A stretch of DNA of 64,000 nucleotides, taken from NCBI GenBank assembly GCA_018970325.1, contig JAGWWP010000001.1:74570-138569 (forward strand), written 5' to 3'. Source of the DNA: Cyanobacteria bacterium REEB446. Lineage in GTDB: Bacteria; Cyanobacteriota; Vampirovibrionia; LMEP-6097. Made by a program: the position numbers and the translations under genes. Positions 20,201-30,578 of the stretch are shown here, in pieces (position 1 is the first letter of the stretch; each line of letters begins with the position of its first letter). A model generated the notes under the pieces. The model saw only the letters and a program-made list of their open reading frames with translations, was not told the DNA's origin and searched no databases.

Positions 20201-20674
20201 GCTAGATCTACAGGACCTTATAGTCTTGTTACGCAGCAGCCTCTCGGTGGTAAAGCACAGTTTGGTGGTCAGAGACTTGGTGAGATGGAGTGTTGGGCAC
20301 TTGAAGCTTACGGTGCTTCTTATACACTTCAGGAAATGCTTACTCGTAAATCTGATGATGTTGTAGGTCGTGCTAAGGCTTATGAGGCGATAGTTAAGGG
20401 TGAGAACATCACTCCAGCTGGAGTTCCAGAGTCGTTCAAGGTACTACTAAAAGAATTGCAGTCTATCGGTCTTGATATTCATGCTCTAAAATCAGTTAAA
20501 AACTCTGATGGTGATTCAAATCTAGAGGAAGTGAACTTAGATTCTGATTCTACGTTTGACTTTATGAAGACGAAGAATCACTTACCTAGATTAGATGAAG
20601 CTATTAATGATCTTAAGTCAAGTGAAGAAGTAGGATTAAAGCTTGAAACTAAGTCAGGGTTTACTTTTAACTAA
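17282..20674 (+). CDS. rpoB: RNA polymerase beta subunit
   Basis: [41 protein letters not shown]. Confidence 0.99.
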   Translation: MITKNYSRKIPKVKAYKGQRTIKLPDLTEIQKQSFQRFLTEGLAEELENFSPVTDYTGRLELYFLHNHYTFEEHQEPNKAKTPMEARLNEQSFTKKLYIKVRFVNRDSGEIKESKMFIGEIPMMTERGTFIVNGAERVVVSQIVRSPGIYYKREIEPSGKRIFNATLIPNRGAWIKLETDVSDYIYIKIDKTRKIPVTVFLRALGYTEADMKDLFSHYDFLAKTFEKDPTSNEEEALIELYKKMRPGEHPSVDGARQLIESRFFNAKKYDLGFVGRYKLNKKLGPNAPEDLRVLTKEDFIAAIDYLVKLNFDEAQIDDIDHLGNRRVRSVGELLQNQFRLGLSRIERIIKERMTLQEQEGLTPANLINPKPLVSAIREFFGSSQLSQFMDQTNPLAELTHKRRISALGPGGLSRERAGFAVRDIHPSQNGRLCPVETPEGPNAGLIGSLASHARINDFGFIETPYRSVVDGIVTNEVKYYTATDEDNSKIATGDTRIEESGHFTNDMVPVKYKNEFIETKGEDVDLVGVSPIQIVSIGTSLIPFLEHDDANRALMGSNMQRQAVPLLKAERTLVGTGIEGQVARDSGMVVISDHDGIVDYVDSRRIRIKFTEDGKGSKTYDLLKYMRSNQDTCLNQTPIVKIGQEVKAGQALTDGAATCEGELALGKNLLVAFMPWEGYNFEDAVLISQRLVREDVYTSIHIEKYEIDARQTKLGAEEITRELPNISEDALKHLDENGIVRIGAMVKENDILVGKITPKGESDNPPEERLLRAIFGEKARDVKDNSLRVPHGEKGRVIAVRIYDRDKGDELPPVSNKIVRVFIAQKRRISVGDKVAGRHGNKGIISRILPVEDMPHLPDGSPVDIVLNPLGVPSRMNVGQIYECILGMAATILDHAYEVPSFDEMFGEGASDNLIKDEITKARTIENGKYSWLGADGKVKLVDGRTGEYFDNPVLVGVMYILKLVHLVDDKIHARSTGPYSLVTQQPLGGKAQFGGQRLGEMECWALEAYGASYTLQEMLTRKSDDVVGRAKAYEAIVKGENITPAGVPESFKVLLKELQSIGLDIHALKSVKNSDGDSNLEEVNLDSDSTFDFMKTKNHLPRLDEAINDLKSSEEVGLKLETKSGFTFN

Positions 20675-20704
20675 ATATTAGAAAAGGGTTAGGTTAAGTT
20701 TAAG

Positions 20705-22642
20705 ATGTCAGATGAAATTGGTAATGAATTAGACGCTTTGGGTATCGCTTCGATTGAAGCACTTGAGCATGATATTGACAGTGATGAAGTGCATGAAATT
20801 GAGAAAAACAGCTTAGTTGCTGATAATGATCTTTTCGATAGTATTAAGATACAGATCGCTTCTCCTTCAAGGATTCTAGGTTGGTCTTATGGTGAAGTAA
20901 CTAAGCCAGAAACTATTAACTACAGAACTTTAAAGCCAGAGAAAGATGGTTTATTCTGTGAGAAAATATTTGGTCCAGTTAAGGATTGGGAATGTTCTTG
21001 TGGTAAATATAAACGTATTCGCCATAAAGGTATAGTCTGTGAAAGATGCGGAGTAGAAGTTACTGAATCTAAAGTAAGAAGACAGAGAATGGGTTCTATT
21101 ACTCTTGCAGCCCCTGTTTCACATATATGGTTTTTAAAGGGTATCCCAAGTTATTTAAGTTTACTTCTAGATGTTACTCTTAAGGATCTTGAGCAAGTAG
21201 TTTACTTTAATTCATATTTAGTTATCGATCCTGGTAATGTTGAGAATTTAAAGAAGAATCAAATTATTGTTGAGGAAGAGTATGAGCAGCTTTTAGATAA
21301 TGAGACTGCTCAGTTTGAAGTGGGTATCGGTGCTGAAGCACTTCTTCTGTTATTAGAAGATTTAGCTCAGCCGAAATACGAGTACCCAAATGCAAGTAGT
21401 AGAGCTGAAAGAGGTGAGCTACTAGGCTTGCCTGGTTTAGAAAAAGTAAGAGATCACCTAAAAGCTGAATTAGCTGAAGTTGGTGGTTCACAGCAGAAGA
21501 GAATTAAATGTGTTAAACGTTTAAGATTGGTTCAATCATTACTAAATTCTAAGACAGATCCGGGTTGGATGGTTATGGAAGTTCTTCCTATATGTCCTCC
21601 AGACTTGAGACCTATGGTTCAGTTAGATGGTGGTAGATTCGCTACTTCTGATTTAAATGATCTTTACAGAAGAGTTATTAATAGAAACAGCCGTCTAGCA
21701 AGACTTATAGATATGGGCGCGCCTGAAATTATTATCCGTAACGAGAAGAGAATGCTTCAAGAAGCGGTAGATGCTCTTATTGATAATGGTAGAAGAGGTA
21801 GAGTAGTTACTGGTACGAATGGCAGACCACTTAAATCTCTTTCTAATATTATCGAAGGTAAGCAGGGTCGTTTCCGTCAAAACCTTCTTGGTAAGCGTGT
21901 TGACTACTCTGGTAGATCTGTTATCGTTGTAGGTCCTTCACTGAAATTACATCAGTGTGGACTTCCTCGTGAGATGGCGATTGAGCTATTTAAACCTTTC
22001 GTTATTAATAAATTGATAGACAGACAGATTTGTCAAAACATTAAAGCTTCTAAAAAGCTTATAGAGAAAGGTTCTCCGATGGTTTGGAGTATTCTTAAAG
22101 AAGTAGTTGAAGGTCACCCAGTTCTTTTGAACCGTGCACCTACGCTTCACAGATTGGGTATCCAAGCTTTTGAACCAGTTATAGTAGAAGGAAGAGCTAT
22201 CAGATTACATCCATTAGTATGTTCAGCTTTTAACGCTGACTTTGATGGTGACCAAATGGCAGTTCACGTTCCGTTGAGTATAGAAGCACAGACTGAGGCT
22301 AGAACTTTAGTTATGGCTAATACGAATATACTTTCACCAGCGACAGGTAAGCCAGTGATTACTCCTACTCAGGATATGGTTTTAGGTATTTATTACTTAA
22401 CTATTGATAAGCCTAATTCTGAGGATTCGAAATTATTTAAGGGTGCTGGTAGTGTGTTCTCTAGTGAGGATGAAGCTATTACCGCTTACCATACTAAGAA
22501 TGTTGATCTATTCGCTAAGGTTAAGCTTAGAACTACCCAGACTGAGTCTGGCTTATCTGAGATCATTGAAACTACTGTAGGTAGAATTATTTTTAATAAG
22601 ACTATCGTAGATTCAATTGAAAAAGACGCAGTAGCTATTTAA
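20705..22642 (+). CDS. rpoC1: RNA polymerase gamma subunit (N-terminal part of split beta')
   Basis: KPETINYRT, Zn finger, NADFDGDQM; stops after 645 aa. Confidence 0.98.
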   Translation: MSDEIGNELDALGIASIEALEHDIDSDEVHEIEKNSLVADNDLFDSIKIQIASPSRILGWSYGEVTKPETINYRTLKPEKDGLFCEKIFGPVKDWECSCGKYKRIRHKGIVCERCGVEVTESKVRRQRMGSITLAAPVSHIWFLKGIPSYLSLLLDVTLKDLEQVVYFNSYLVIDPGNVENLKKNQIIVEEEYEQLLDNETAQFEVGIGAEALLLLLEDLAQPKYEYPNASSRAERGELLGLPGLEKVRDHLKAELAEVGGSQQKRIKCVKRLRLVQSLLNSKTDPGWMVMEVLPICPPDLRPMVQLDGGRFATSDLNDLYRRVINRNSRLARLIDMGAPEIIIRNEKRMLQEAVDALIDNGRRGRVVTGTNGRPLKSLSNIIEGKQGRFRQNLLGKRVDYSGRSVIVVGPSLKLHQCGLPREMAIELFKPFVINKLIDRQICQNIKASKKLIEKGSPMVWSILKEVVEGHPVLLNRAPTLHRLGIQAFEPVIVEGRAIRLHPLVCSAFNADFDGDQMAVHVPLSIEAQTEARTLVMANTNILSPATGKPVITPTQDMVLGIYYLTIDKPNSEDSKLFKGAGSVFSSEDEAITAYHTKNVDLFAKVKLRTTQTESGLSEIIETTVGRIIFNKTIVDSIEKDAVAI

Positions 22643-22668
22643 GTTTAGAGGAAAGGTTTATAAACACC

Positions 22669-25600
22669 ATGCAAACAAAAGAACAAAAAGCAGCACCAGG
22701 AATAACTAGAGAGAAAAAGAAACCTGCTTTCATTAATCAAATCGTTGATAAAAAAATACTAGGCAGAATGATTGCTAAGGTTTATGAGAACTTTGGTGCA
22801 GAGCTTACTGCTGTTTTAGCTAATAATCTTAAGGATTTGGGCTTTAAGTTTGCTACTCAAGCGGCTGTTACTATTAGTATCGAAGATTTAACTGTTCCCC
22901 CAAAGAAAGCTGAGTTAGTAGCTGAAGCTGAAGCTGAGTTAGCTAAGACTACTGAGAGATTTGAGAGAGGGGAAATCACTGAGGTAGAGCGTTATAACAA
23001 GGTTATTGATACTTGGTCTGAGACTAACGATAAGGTTACTGAGGCTGTAGTAGAGTATTTTGATAGATTGAATCCAGTTTATATGATGGCATTCTCTGGT
23101 GCAAGAGGTAATGTCTCGCAGGTACGTCAGCTAGTTGGAATGAGGGGTCTTATGGCTAACTCTGAAGGTAAGATTATTGACCTTCCGATTAAATCTAACT
23201 TTAAAGAGGGTCTTACCGTTCCTGAGTATGTGATTTCAGCATTTGGAGCGAGAAAGGGTCTAGTAGATACAGCTTTAAAAACAGCTGACTCTGGTTATTT
23301 AACTAGAAGACTTGTAGACGTAGCTCAGGATGTAATTATTCGTACAGATGATTGTGGAACTGAGAAATTTATTGAAGTTGGTGCTCTTTATGATGGAGAG
23401 ACCATTGTAACGGGTATTGATGTTAGAGTTATTGGCAGAACTGCTGCTGAAGATATTACCAACCCAGAGACTAAAGAAGTTATTACACCGAAGGGTACTA
23501 TAATTAATAGATCCGCTTCTGAAAAGATTAAAGCATCTGGTTTGAGATCTGTAAAAATCAGATCTACGCTTATTTGCGAGGCTAAATATGGTGTTTGTAA
23601 GACTTGCTATGGTTGGTCTTCTACGGATAACAGACCTGTTAATTTAGGTGAAGCGATAGGTATTATCGCAGCTCAGTCGATAGGTGAGCCTGGTACACAG
23701 TTAACGATGAGAACATTCCACACGGGTGGTGCGGTGGCTGGTCACAGTAAAGCAAGAGAGTATTATATTTCTACTGCTTCTGGCACTGTTAAATATGGTT
23801 TTGAAGTCAGAGAAATTAGAACTAAATATGGTGATATTGTTTATCAAACGCTTAGTGCAGGTAAGCTTTCTATTGGTTCAGAGTCTATGAATATGCCTTT
23901 AGGCGCAAGGCTTATCGTTAAAGATGGATCTCATATTGATAAAGGTGGGATTATTGGTGAGTTTCCAGATTTAAGTAAAAAGAAACTCCTTACAGAGAAA
24001 GCTTCTAAAGATGTTATTACAATGCAATCTGGTTTAGTAGTTTTTAAAGACTTTGGTGTTGATGAGACTAAAGATAGACAAGGTAATATTTCTAAGCTTG
24101 CTAATAAGCAGGGTACTATTTGGATAGAAGCAGGTACGGTATTGCCTCTTTCATCTGGTAGCCAGTTAATTATTAAAGATGGAGAAATGGTTAACAAGGG
24201 TGATACTATTTCTGAGACTATTTTGAAATGCCAATATAGTGGTGAGGTAAGATATGGTGCAGACCTAGTTATCGAAGAAACTGAAATCGGTTCTAGAAAA
24301 GTAAATAAATTAGCTAGGGGTCGACTTCTTAATGTAATTAATGCTTCGATAGGTTCTTCTAACGCTAAATTACAGCAAAATCAACAGGGTAATCTCTGGG
24401 TTCTTGCTAATGAGAAGTATGTTCTTAAGATGGTAAATGGTGAGACTATTGAGAATGGCAAGATTCTAGCAGAGCTTGTTGATGACGAGCTTTCATTACA
24501 TTTACCTTGCTCGGGTGAGATTAGATATGATGATCTAGAAATAGATGATAGAAAGATCGTTACTAAGCATGGAAGAGTAATTTTTATTCCAGAGGAGATT
24601 CATTCTCTTTCTAAAGATGCAAGTCTTGCAATAATTGAGACTGGTACTCATGTTAAAGCTGGAACAGAAGTTGTTAAAGACGTCTATGCGAATATTGACG
24701 GTATAGTTAGAGTTACCATTGAAAATAATATTATTCATGAAGTAACAGTCACTCCAGGAGAGCTTTTTGAGATAGAAGATCCAGAGCTTCTTAAGTATGC
24801 TGATGGTGACATCGTTAAAGAAGGCGTAGAGATTATGCCTAATGTTAAAACGACTAAGCCAAGCATGATTACTCTCTTTAGTCATGAAGAGACTGGTGAG
24901 ACTAAGCTTTTACTTAGAGATGTTCAGTTGTATGATATTAAACCACGTGAAGTGGAATTCACGGCTGAGACTACTGATGCTGCGATTAATATTTATCCAG
25001 TAACGCAAATGCATTACAGAGATGGCGATAAAGTTCGTAATTTCAATGGTGGAGCACTCACTAAGACTAGTTTGATACTGTCTTGTGAAGATCAGTATCA
25101 AGATTCTAAGGGAATCGTAGAATTTGATACTGAAGCTGAGACGCTAAATATTATTTTCCAAGAAAATATTATTCTAAGATCTGAAAGAACAGCATCTACT
25201 ATCACTGAGATTCTTGTTCAGCCAGGTGATTTCGTTGAAGCTAATCAAGCTGTAGCTAAAGTTCAATCTATCGCTCAGACTTCTGGTGAGGTTTTCGTAA
25301 ATCAAGTAGATAAATCTAGAATCTTAATTCTAGATGATGCTTCTAGTTTCTCTGTTACTTCTAAGGTTGCTCCTAAAGTCAAAGAGGGAGATTACGTTCT
25401 TAAGGGTGATTCGATAGGTAATTCAGAGCCGCTTGAGGAGCCAGGTATAGTAACTGAAGTTAAAGGAAACACCGTTATCATCAGAAAGGCACGTCCTTTC
25501 CTTGTAAGCTCTGGTACTAGATTACATGTAGATAATCATTCTTTAGTTCAGCAGGGTGACCAGCTCGCTACTATTATCTATGAAAAAGTTAAGACTGGTG

Positions 25601-26367
25601 ACATCGTCCAAGGTCTTCCTAAGGTAGAAGAATTACTTGAAGGTAGAAAGCCTAAAGAGCCAGCGATTATTTCTGATGTATCTGGTGTGGCTGAAGTTCT
25701 TAATGAAGATGGTACTGAGACTATATTTATTAAAACGGCTGATGAGCGTAAAGAGTTCGTTATCCCTGTCGGTCAGAATATCGTCGTTAATGATGGTGAT
25801 AAAATTAGTGTAGGAGACCTTCTTACTGATGGTCAGCCTAATCCGCATGATCTTCTTGAGTATAAAGGTGTAGAACATTTACAACAATTCTTAGTTGATG
25901 AAGTTCAGTCAGTATACGTATCTCAAGGTGTTGAGATTGCAAATAAGCACATTGAGACTATAGTTAGACAGATGACTCGTAAAGTAAGAATCGATGATCC
26001 TGGTGATACTGAGCTTCTTCAAGGTGAGTTACATGATATTAACTATGTAAGAACCATTAACAAAGCAGCTGAGGAAGAAGGCAAGATTACTGCTCAATAC
26101 AAGCACGTTTTACTTGGATTAACTAAGGCGAGCTTAAATACAGAGAGCTTTATATCAGCAGCTTCTTTCCAAGAGACGACTAGAATTCTTGCAGAAGCTT
26201 CGATTAAAGGTAAAACGGATTGGTTACACGGTCTTAAAGAGAACGTTATTATCGGTCGTCTTATCCCATCTGGTTCAGGCTTTGATGTGGTGGTGGATAG
26301 TGAAGAGAGTCTTATCGCTGCTCACCCAGAGAAAGAGCAGCTTATGGCAGGGCTTTCAGTAGCTTAA
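22669..26367 (+). CDS. rpoC2: RNA polymerase beta' subunit (C-terminal part, with large SI3 insertion)
   Basis: SGARG, DTALKTADSGYLTRRL, GEPGTQLTMRTFH, ~620-aa insertion before DIVQGLP, SAASFQET. Confidence 0.98.
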   Translation: MQTKEQKAAPGITREKKKPAFINQIVDKKILGRMIAKVYENFGAELTAVLANNLKDLGFKFATQAAVTISIEDLTVPPKKAELVAEAEAELAKTTERFERGEITEVERYNKVIDTWSETNDKVTEAVVEYFDRLNPVYMMAFSGARGNVSQVRQLVGMRGLMANSEGKIIDLPIKSNFKEGLTVPEYVISAFGARKGLVDTALKTADSGYLTRRLVDVAQDVIIRTDDCGTEKFIEVGALYDGETIVTGIDVRVIGRTAAEDITNPETKEVITPKGTIINRSASEKIKASGLRSVKIRSTLICEAKYGVCKTCYGWSSTDNRPVNLGEAIGIIAAQSIGEPGTQLTMRTFHTGGAVAGHSKAREYYISTASGTVKYGFEVREIRTKYGDIVYQTLSAGKLSIGSESMNMPLGARLIVKDGSHIDKGGIIGEFPDLSKKKLLTEKASKDVITMQSGLVVFKDFGVDETKDRQGNISKLANKQGTIWIEAGTVLPLSSGSQLIIKDGEMVNKGDTISETILKCQYSGEVRYGADLVIEETEIGSRKVNKLARGRLLNVINASIGSSNAKLQQNQQGNLWVLANEKYVLKMVNGETIENGKILAELVDDELSLHLPCSGEIRYDDLEIDDRKIVTKHGRVIFIPEEIHSLSKDASLAIIETGTHVKAGTEVVKDVYANIDGIVRVTIENNIIHEVTVTPGELFEIEDPELLKYADGDIVKEGVEIMPNVKTTKPSMITLFSHEETGETKLLLRDVQLYDIKPREVEFTAETTDAAINIYPVTQMHYRDGDKVRNFNGGALTKTSLILSCEDQYQDSKGIVEFDTEAETLNIIFQENIILRSERTASTITEILVQPGDFVEANQAVAKVQSIAQTSGEVFVNQVDKSRILILDDASSFSVTSKVAPKVKEGDYVLKGDSIGNSEPLEEPGIVTEVKGNTVIIRKARPFLVSSGTRLHVDNHSLVQQGDQLATIIYEKVKTGDIVQGLPKVEELLEGRKPKEPAIISDVSGVAEVLNEDGTETIFIKTADERKEFVIPVGQNIVVNDGDKISVGDLLTDGQPNPHDLLEYKGVEHLQQFLVDEVQSVYVSQGVEIANKHIETIVRQMTRKVRIDDPGDTELLQGELHDINYVRTINKAAEEEGKITAQYKHVLLGLTKASLNTESFISAASFQETTRILAEASIKGKTDWLHGLKENVIIGRLIPSGSGFDVVVDSEESLIAAHPEKEQLMAGLSVA

Positions 26368-26388
26368 GTTAATTACTGTAAAAATTAA

Positions 26389-26427
26389 AAAAAGATGCCC
26401 AAAGCTTTAGCTTCTGGGCATCTTTTT
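26389..26427. terminator. Bidirectional terminator after rpoC2
   Basis: aaaaagatgccca...tgggcatcttttt. Confidence 0.85.
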
Positions 26428-26473
26428 ACTAGGAAGTCATCTTGATGAAGTTCTCTAGTTTAGTTTTATAACT

Positions 26474-27313
26474 TTAACATCCCAAACGCTCAAACCTTTC
26501 CCCAACAGCTTTACATAAGCCCATGGTATTAAAAGCTTTATTAAAATCATCACGATTAATTTTTTTCTTTTTGCCACTAAGAGTTAAAGCTAAGTCTTCG
26601 TCATCATTAGGATTTACTAAGACTGTAGATAGTAAATCATAAGCTGGTGAAAACACAGGCCCCGTATCTCTTTGGTCAATTAAAGAGAAATTTTTCAGGT
26701 GCATATCAGCGTTTCCAGTTATAAATGAAAATAAAACCAATTCCGCGAAATTAACTAAATCAAGTCCTGGATTTACAGAATATTTTAAAATTGCTTTAGC
26801 GATCTGCTCATAAGAACCTTGGTATTTATCTTCTGTAAGCCTTTCAGTGAGCTGACACATATCTTCCATGTGGAGCTTTCCTCCTTTCCATCTATCGATT
26901 CTTTTAGTAATATAAGCAAGATTACCTGAGGATAAGCGAATTAAGCTATGAGGTACTGTTTTAATTTTAGCGATCTCAGCGAGGTGCATAGTCAAATCCT
27001 CTATTTCTGCTAATTCAGGATAGTGTGGTGATGCTGGTTTTAAAATATAATCCCCCCACATCCCTACTATAGTAAAATGCTTTACTAAATTAGGCTTCTC
27101 CGCTGAAGCTAAATGCAGAGATAGTTTAGGCTGAACCCCAGTTATAGTGGTCTGTGACTTGATAATTTGCTCAGCTAGTTCATTTAGATTCTCTTCTGAA
27201 TAAGGCATTAGAGGCGGAACAGCAGTTCCAAATATTTTTTTACTACAGCTCGGATGAAAATCAATTTCACCATCAGCTAAAGCTAAATAGCAGTATAAGC
27301 AGCGATTACTCAT
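26474..27313 (-). CDS. hipA: HipA C-terminal kinase toxin (HipT-like), possibly with a C-terminal deletion
   Basis: TITGVQPKLS, YILKP, GNADMHLKNFS, SPAYDL. Confidence 0.9.
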   Translation of the reverse strand: MSNRCLYCYLALADGEIDFHPSCSKKIFGTAVPPLMPYSEENLNELAEQIIKSQTTITGVQPKLSLHLASAEKPNLVKHFTIVGMWGDYILKPASPHYPELAEIEDLTMHLAEIAKIKTVPHSLIRLSSGNLAYITKRIDRWKGGKLHMEDMCQLTERLTEDKYQGSYEQIAKAILKYSVNPGLDLVNFAELVLFSFITGNADMHLKNFSLIDQRDTGPVFSPAYDLLSTVLVNPNDDEDLALTLSGKKKKINRDDFNKAFNTMGLCKAVGERFERLGC

Positions 27314-27636
27314 AATTCTTCTATTAATGGATTAATACTCACCGCCCCAATACAATCTCGGCAGCAAGCCATTAACAAGCCCATGCGATCTCTAGGATTA
27401 AGTTTCCAGTTTTTTTCAGCTATATTTAAAAGCCAACCTTCAGGTATCAACCCATCAAAAAAAGGAAATAACACAGAGCTTTTAAAGGCCTCTTCTTTAA
27501 TGGGTAGTGTAAGGCTTATTGCTACAGGGTTTTCTGACTTAAGGTATTCCTCTGCATACTGAAAGTGATATCCCAGCTCATCTCGACTTAGCCAGCCTGC
27601 AAGTTCCTCGTGCATTAAGACCTCAGCTTTTCTCAT
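27310..27636 (-). CDS. HipA N-terminal domain protein (HipS-like)
   Basis: AISLTLP, LFPFFDGLIPEGWL, DCIGAVS; ATG at 27636. Confidence 0.9.
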   Translation of the reverse strand: MRKAEVLMHEELAGWLSRDELGYHFQYAEEYLKSENPVAISLTLPIKEEAFKSSVLFPFFDGLIPEGWLLNIAEKNWKLNPRDRMGLLMACCRDCIGAVSINPLIEEL

Positions 27637-27637
27637 T

Positions 27638-27844
27638 TTAACTATCACCTAGCTGAGATCTAACTGGTCCCATTTCATAACCAAATAAACTCAGTACCTG
27701 ATTTACCTTATCTAACCTTAAAGTTTCTTTACCCTGCTCTAAATCTCTAAGAAATCTTAAGCCCACTCCCGCTTTCTCAGCGAGTTCTAGTTGTGTGAGT
27801 TTAGCGATTTTTCTTTTTTGTTTTATGAAAATAGATAACAGCAT
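27638..27844 (-). CDS. HTH antitoxin/regulator (HipB-like, y4mF family)
   Basis: LTQLELAEKAGVGLRFLRDLEQGK.TLRLDKVNQVL. Confidence 0.9.
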   Translation of the reverse strand: MLLSIFIKQKRKIAKLTQLELAEKAGVGLRFLRDLEQGKETLRLDKVNQVLSLFGYEMGPVRSQLGDS

Positions 27845-27845
27845 T

Positions 27846-27987
27846 TTATACCTTTTCGGGTCTAATTTGAGTGTTTTATAGTAAAATTATGCCACATTGG
27901 GTATAATTTTCTCACCCAAGCGACATTTGCCCCCGATGGGGTATAAACTCCGCTATTTTAACCTGTTTTATACCCCATCGGGTATAG
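27846..27987. promoter_or_regulatory. Four HipB-type operators, consensus TTATACC-N6-GGTATAA
   Basis: 20-bp imperfect palindromes starting at 27846, 27887, 27927 and 27968 (period 41/40/41). Confidence 0.8.
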
Positions 27988-28009
27988 GAACTTGTTAGCA
28001 GCTTCTCGT

Positions 28010-29026
28010 TTAAAAATATTTCTTAGTAAAAGCCTCTGGGCTAAACTCTTCTAGATCTTCCATCTTTTCACCCACACCTAAGAACTTAACAGGGATTTTA
28101 AGTTTATGGGCGATAGAAAAGACAGTACCTGCTTTAGAAGAACCATCGAATTTAGTCAGAATGATAGAGTTCACTTCACAAAGTTCATTAAAAGTCTGTG
28201 CTTGTATCAGAGAATTCTGCCCCATAGAAGCATCTAAAACTAGCATGGTCTCCAAATGGTAAGCTTGACCATCTAGATTTTTTTTCACCACTTCTTTGAT
28301 TTTAGATAACTCTTCCATTAAATTTTTCTTGTTATGCAGTCTACCAGCGGTGTCTATTAAAACAAGATCATAGTTTTCATTTTTAGCTTTCTCTATCGCT
28401 TTATAGACGACAGCACTAGACTTAGATCCATGTGGCATTTCGATTAAATCAGCACCCGTTCTTTCTGCCCAAGTACGCAGTTGGTCTTCTGCCGCTGCCC
28501 TGAAAGTGTCTCCAGCAGCGATTAATACTTTTTTATTTTCTAAATTTCTGTACTTATAGGCGAGTTTAGCTATGCTAGTAGTTTTCCCGACACCATTAAT
28601 GCCAAGTATCATAACGACAGTCAGCACATTTTCAGGACAGATAAATTTAAAAGGATCTGATTTTTCAGTTATAGAAATTTCTTTTGCTTTGTTTCTGTTA
28701 ATCTTAACTTCGGTGAAAGCTCCTAACAGAAACTCTTTGAGCTTGTCCTGTAAGTCATCTTTATAAATTTCTTTCTGGGCTTTGAGCTCTTTACGTAAAA
28801 GCTCGGTGAAATCCATAGCTAAATCTACGCCTAAATCAGAGCGAATTAATTCTTCTTCTAGATTATCTAGCTCTTCTTTTTTGATTAAAACTCTTTCTAG
28901 TACTGCACTTGAGTAACTACTTGGTACCGAATCTGTTTCTGATATGTTGAGTAAGATTTCGCTTTCAGTTTTCTCATTGCCTTTTAGAAAAGGTATCTTA
29001 CTTAAAATCTTTTTAAAGAAAGACAT
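28010..29026 (-). CDS. ftsY: Signal recognition particle receptor FtsY
   Basis: GINGVGKTT, DTFRAAA, DTAGR, TKFDG; ATG at 29026. Confidence 0.95.
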   Translation of the reverse strand: MSFFKKILSKIPFLKGNEKTESEILLNISETDSVPSSYSSAVLERVLIKKEELDNLEEELIRSDLGVDLAMDFTELLRKELKAQKEIYKDDLQDKLKEFLLGAFTEVKINRNKAKEISITEKSDPFKFICPENVLTVVMILGINGVGKTTSIAKLAYKYRNLENKKVLIAAGDTFRAAAEDQLRTWAERTGADLIEMPHGSKSSAVVYKAIEKAKNENYDLVLIDTAGRLHNKKNLMEELSKIKEVVKKNLDGQAYHLETMLVLDASMGQNSLIQAQTFNELCEVNSIILTKFDGSSKAGTVFSIAHKLKIPVKFLGVGEKMEDLEEFSPEAFTKKYF

Positions 29027-29090
29027 AGTGTAGATAATATCACCTACCAATAGGAACCATTCTCAAGTTAATATATGATATAGTTCAAGA

Positions 29091-30566
29091 ATGCTCGGTA
29101 TTAAGATAATTCCACCTCATTCTGATCCGTATTTAGGAGTAAATCATACTAGAGGAAAACTAGCAGATCAACAGATTTTACGGACGCAATTACAAGAAAA
29201 GAAATTACAAGAATCTGCTAATGGATCGTCAGCTGAAAAAATTAGTGGATCGTCAGCGACTAATTTAAAACAAACGGTTGATGGTTTAAAAGATAGCTGG
29301 ACTAATTTTAAAGTGCAACTCTTTGCGGAATTTAACCGAAATAGTAACCCAGAACTTCTCAATAAATACTTAAGTAATGTGTTTACGATTCTTAAGGGAA
29401 AAATGACCCAAAGTGACAAAACAGCCTTTGAGACAGCACAAAGTGATGGAGATTATAAAAAACAAAGATCAATCATTTGGACACATCTCGGTCCAGATAG
29501 ATATAACAATGCTTATATTGAGGCATTTAAACAATTTGACACAGCAGATCAAACCAGATATTTAAATACACTTGCCATAAATCATGGGCTAACTAAATTT
29601 TTTGATGAAAGACCAAACCTTCCAATAGAGGAGAAAGTTGAACTTATGTTCCAAGAGAAAATCAAGAAACACTTTAAAGACTCTCCTTATGAATTTATTG
29701 CAACTGGCTCAACAGGTGCTGTCTTTAAAATCAAAGATGGAGATAAAAGCTACGCCGTAAAGTTAAGCCATTCTGATGACAGCAAAGGAGATCAACCTAA
29801 ATTAGTTCCTTCTGGTTATGAATATAATGGTATAAAAAAAGCATCGGAAATTATTGAGTCAGAACAGCTTCCTGCCAAGAACTGGATGCAAGGGCTTGCC
29901 AAAGATAAAAATGACCTTGATCTTAGCGATAAAAATACCTTAGTTACAGACTTTATGGAGGGTAATCTTTTAGGCTTTCGTGTTAGTCCAGAAAGTTTGA
30001 AAGACTTTGTTAAAAAGGGTTTATCAAATCAATTTTTAAAAGACTTTATCAAATCCTATGTTACTCTCGGGGAAAAAGGTGCAGATTTAAGTTCTATGGT
30101 CCATCACAACGCAGTATACACGCAGGACAAAAACGGTGGGAAACTCAATTTTTTTGATTATGTTGGTGTAGACACACCAGCTTATGACGAAAAAAGGGCG
30201 TTAATAAAAAAAGACCCTTTGACCTATGGGATTTACAGACTGATCTCTGATTTCCAGAGTCCAAGTACCTTGAGAGCTAAACCATTTATGGACAGCTTAG
30301 AAGAAGCCATAAAAAGTACAGGTTCTAACTATAATAAATTCCTCAAACAAAGATCAAATCAATTAAAACAAGTTCTTCGTGAAATTGCAGATGACAAAAA
30401 TAGTAAAATCGGGAAACAAGATATTAACGAGTCGTTAAAGAAAATTCGAACCCTGATTCAAGAAAAAGATCAATATAAACAAACTCAAATGTCCAACACA
30501 ACATTTGGAGAACCTTTTGCACTTAACAAAGAAGCTCAGAAAATTTATCAAAACTTTTCAATCTAA
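29091..30566 (+). CDS. Atypical protein-kinase-like protein
   Basis: IATGSTGAVFK (Gly loop), YAVK, LVTDFMEG (hinge), DLSSMVHHN (degenerate catalytic loop), FFDY (DFG-like). Confidence 0.6.
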   Translation: MLGIKIIPPHSDPYLGVNHTRGKLADQQILRTQLQEKKLQESANGSSAEKISGSSATNLKQTVDGLKDSWTNFKVQLFAEFNRNSNPELLNKYLSNVFTILKGKMTQSDKTAFETAQSDGDYKKQRSIIWTHLGPDRYNNAYIEAFKQFDTADQTRYLNTLAINHGLTKFFDERPNLPIEEKVELMFQEKIKKHFKDSPYEFIATGSTGAVFKIKDGDKSYAVKLSHSDDSKGDQPKLVPSGYEYNGIKKASEIIESEQLPAKNWMQGLAKDKNDLDLSDKNTLVTDFMEGNLLGFRVSPESLKDFVKKGLSNQFLKDFIKSYVTLGEKGADLSSMVHHNAVYTQDKNGGKLNFFDYVGVDTPAYDEKRALIKKDPLTYGIYRLISDFQSPSTLRAKPFMDSLEEAIKSTGSNYNKFLKQRSNQLKQVLREIADDKNSKIGKQDINESLKKIRTLIQEKDQYKQTQMSNTTFGEPFALNKEAQKIYQNFSI

Positions 30567-30578
30567 AAACGTTTTTTA

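Noticed and set aside
22640-22669. rpoC break as a frameshift or pseudogene
   Set aside because: Clean stop, RBS and new ATG at the position expected for the natural rpoC1/rpoC2 split.
18977-25878. Short antisense and alternate-frame ORFs within the rpo genes, and similar ones inside other long CDSs
   Set aside because: Shadow ORFs of conserved genes with no independent support.
27846-27987. Possible mini-CRISPR array
   Set aside because: Repeats are 20-bp degenerate palindromes with ~21-bp gaps, no cas genes are present, and the position fits operators.
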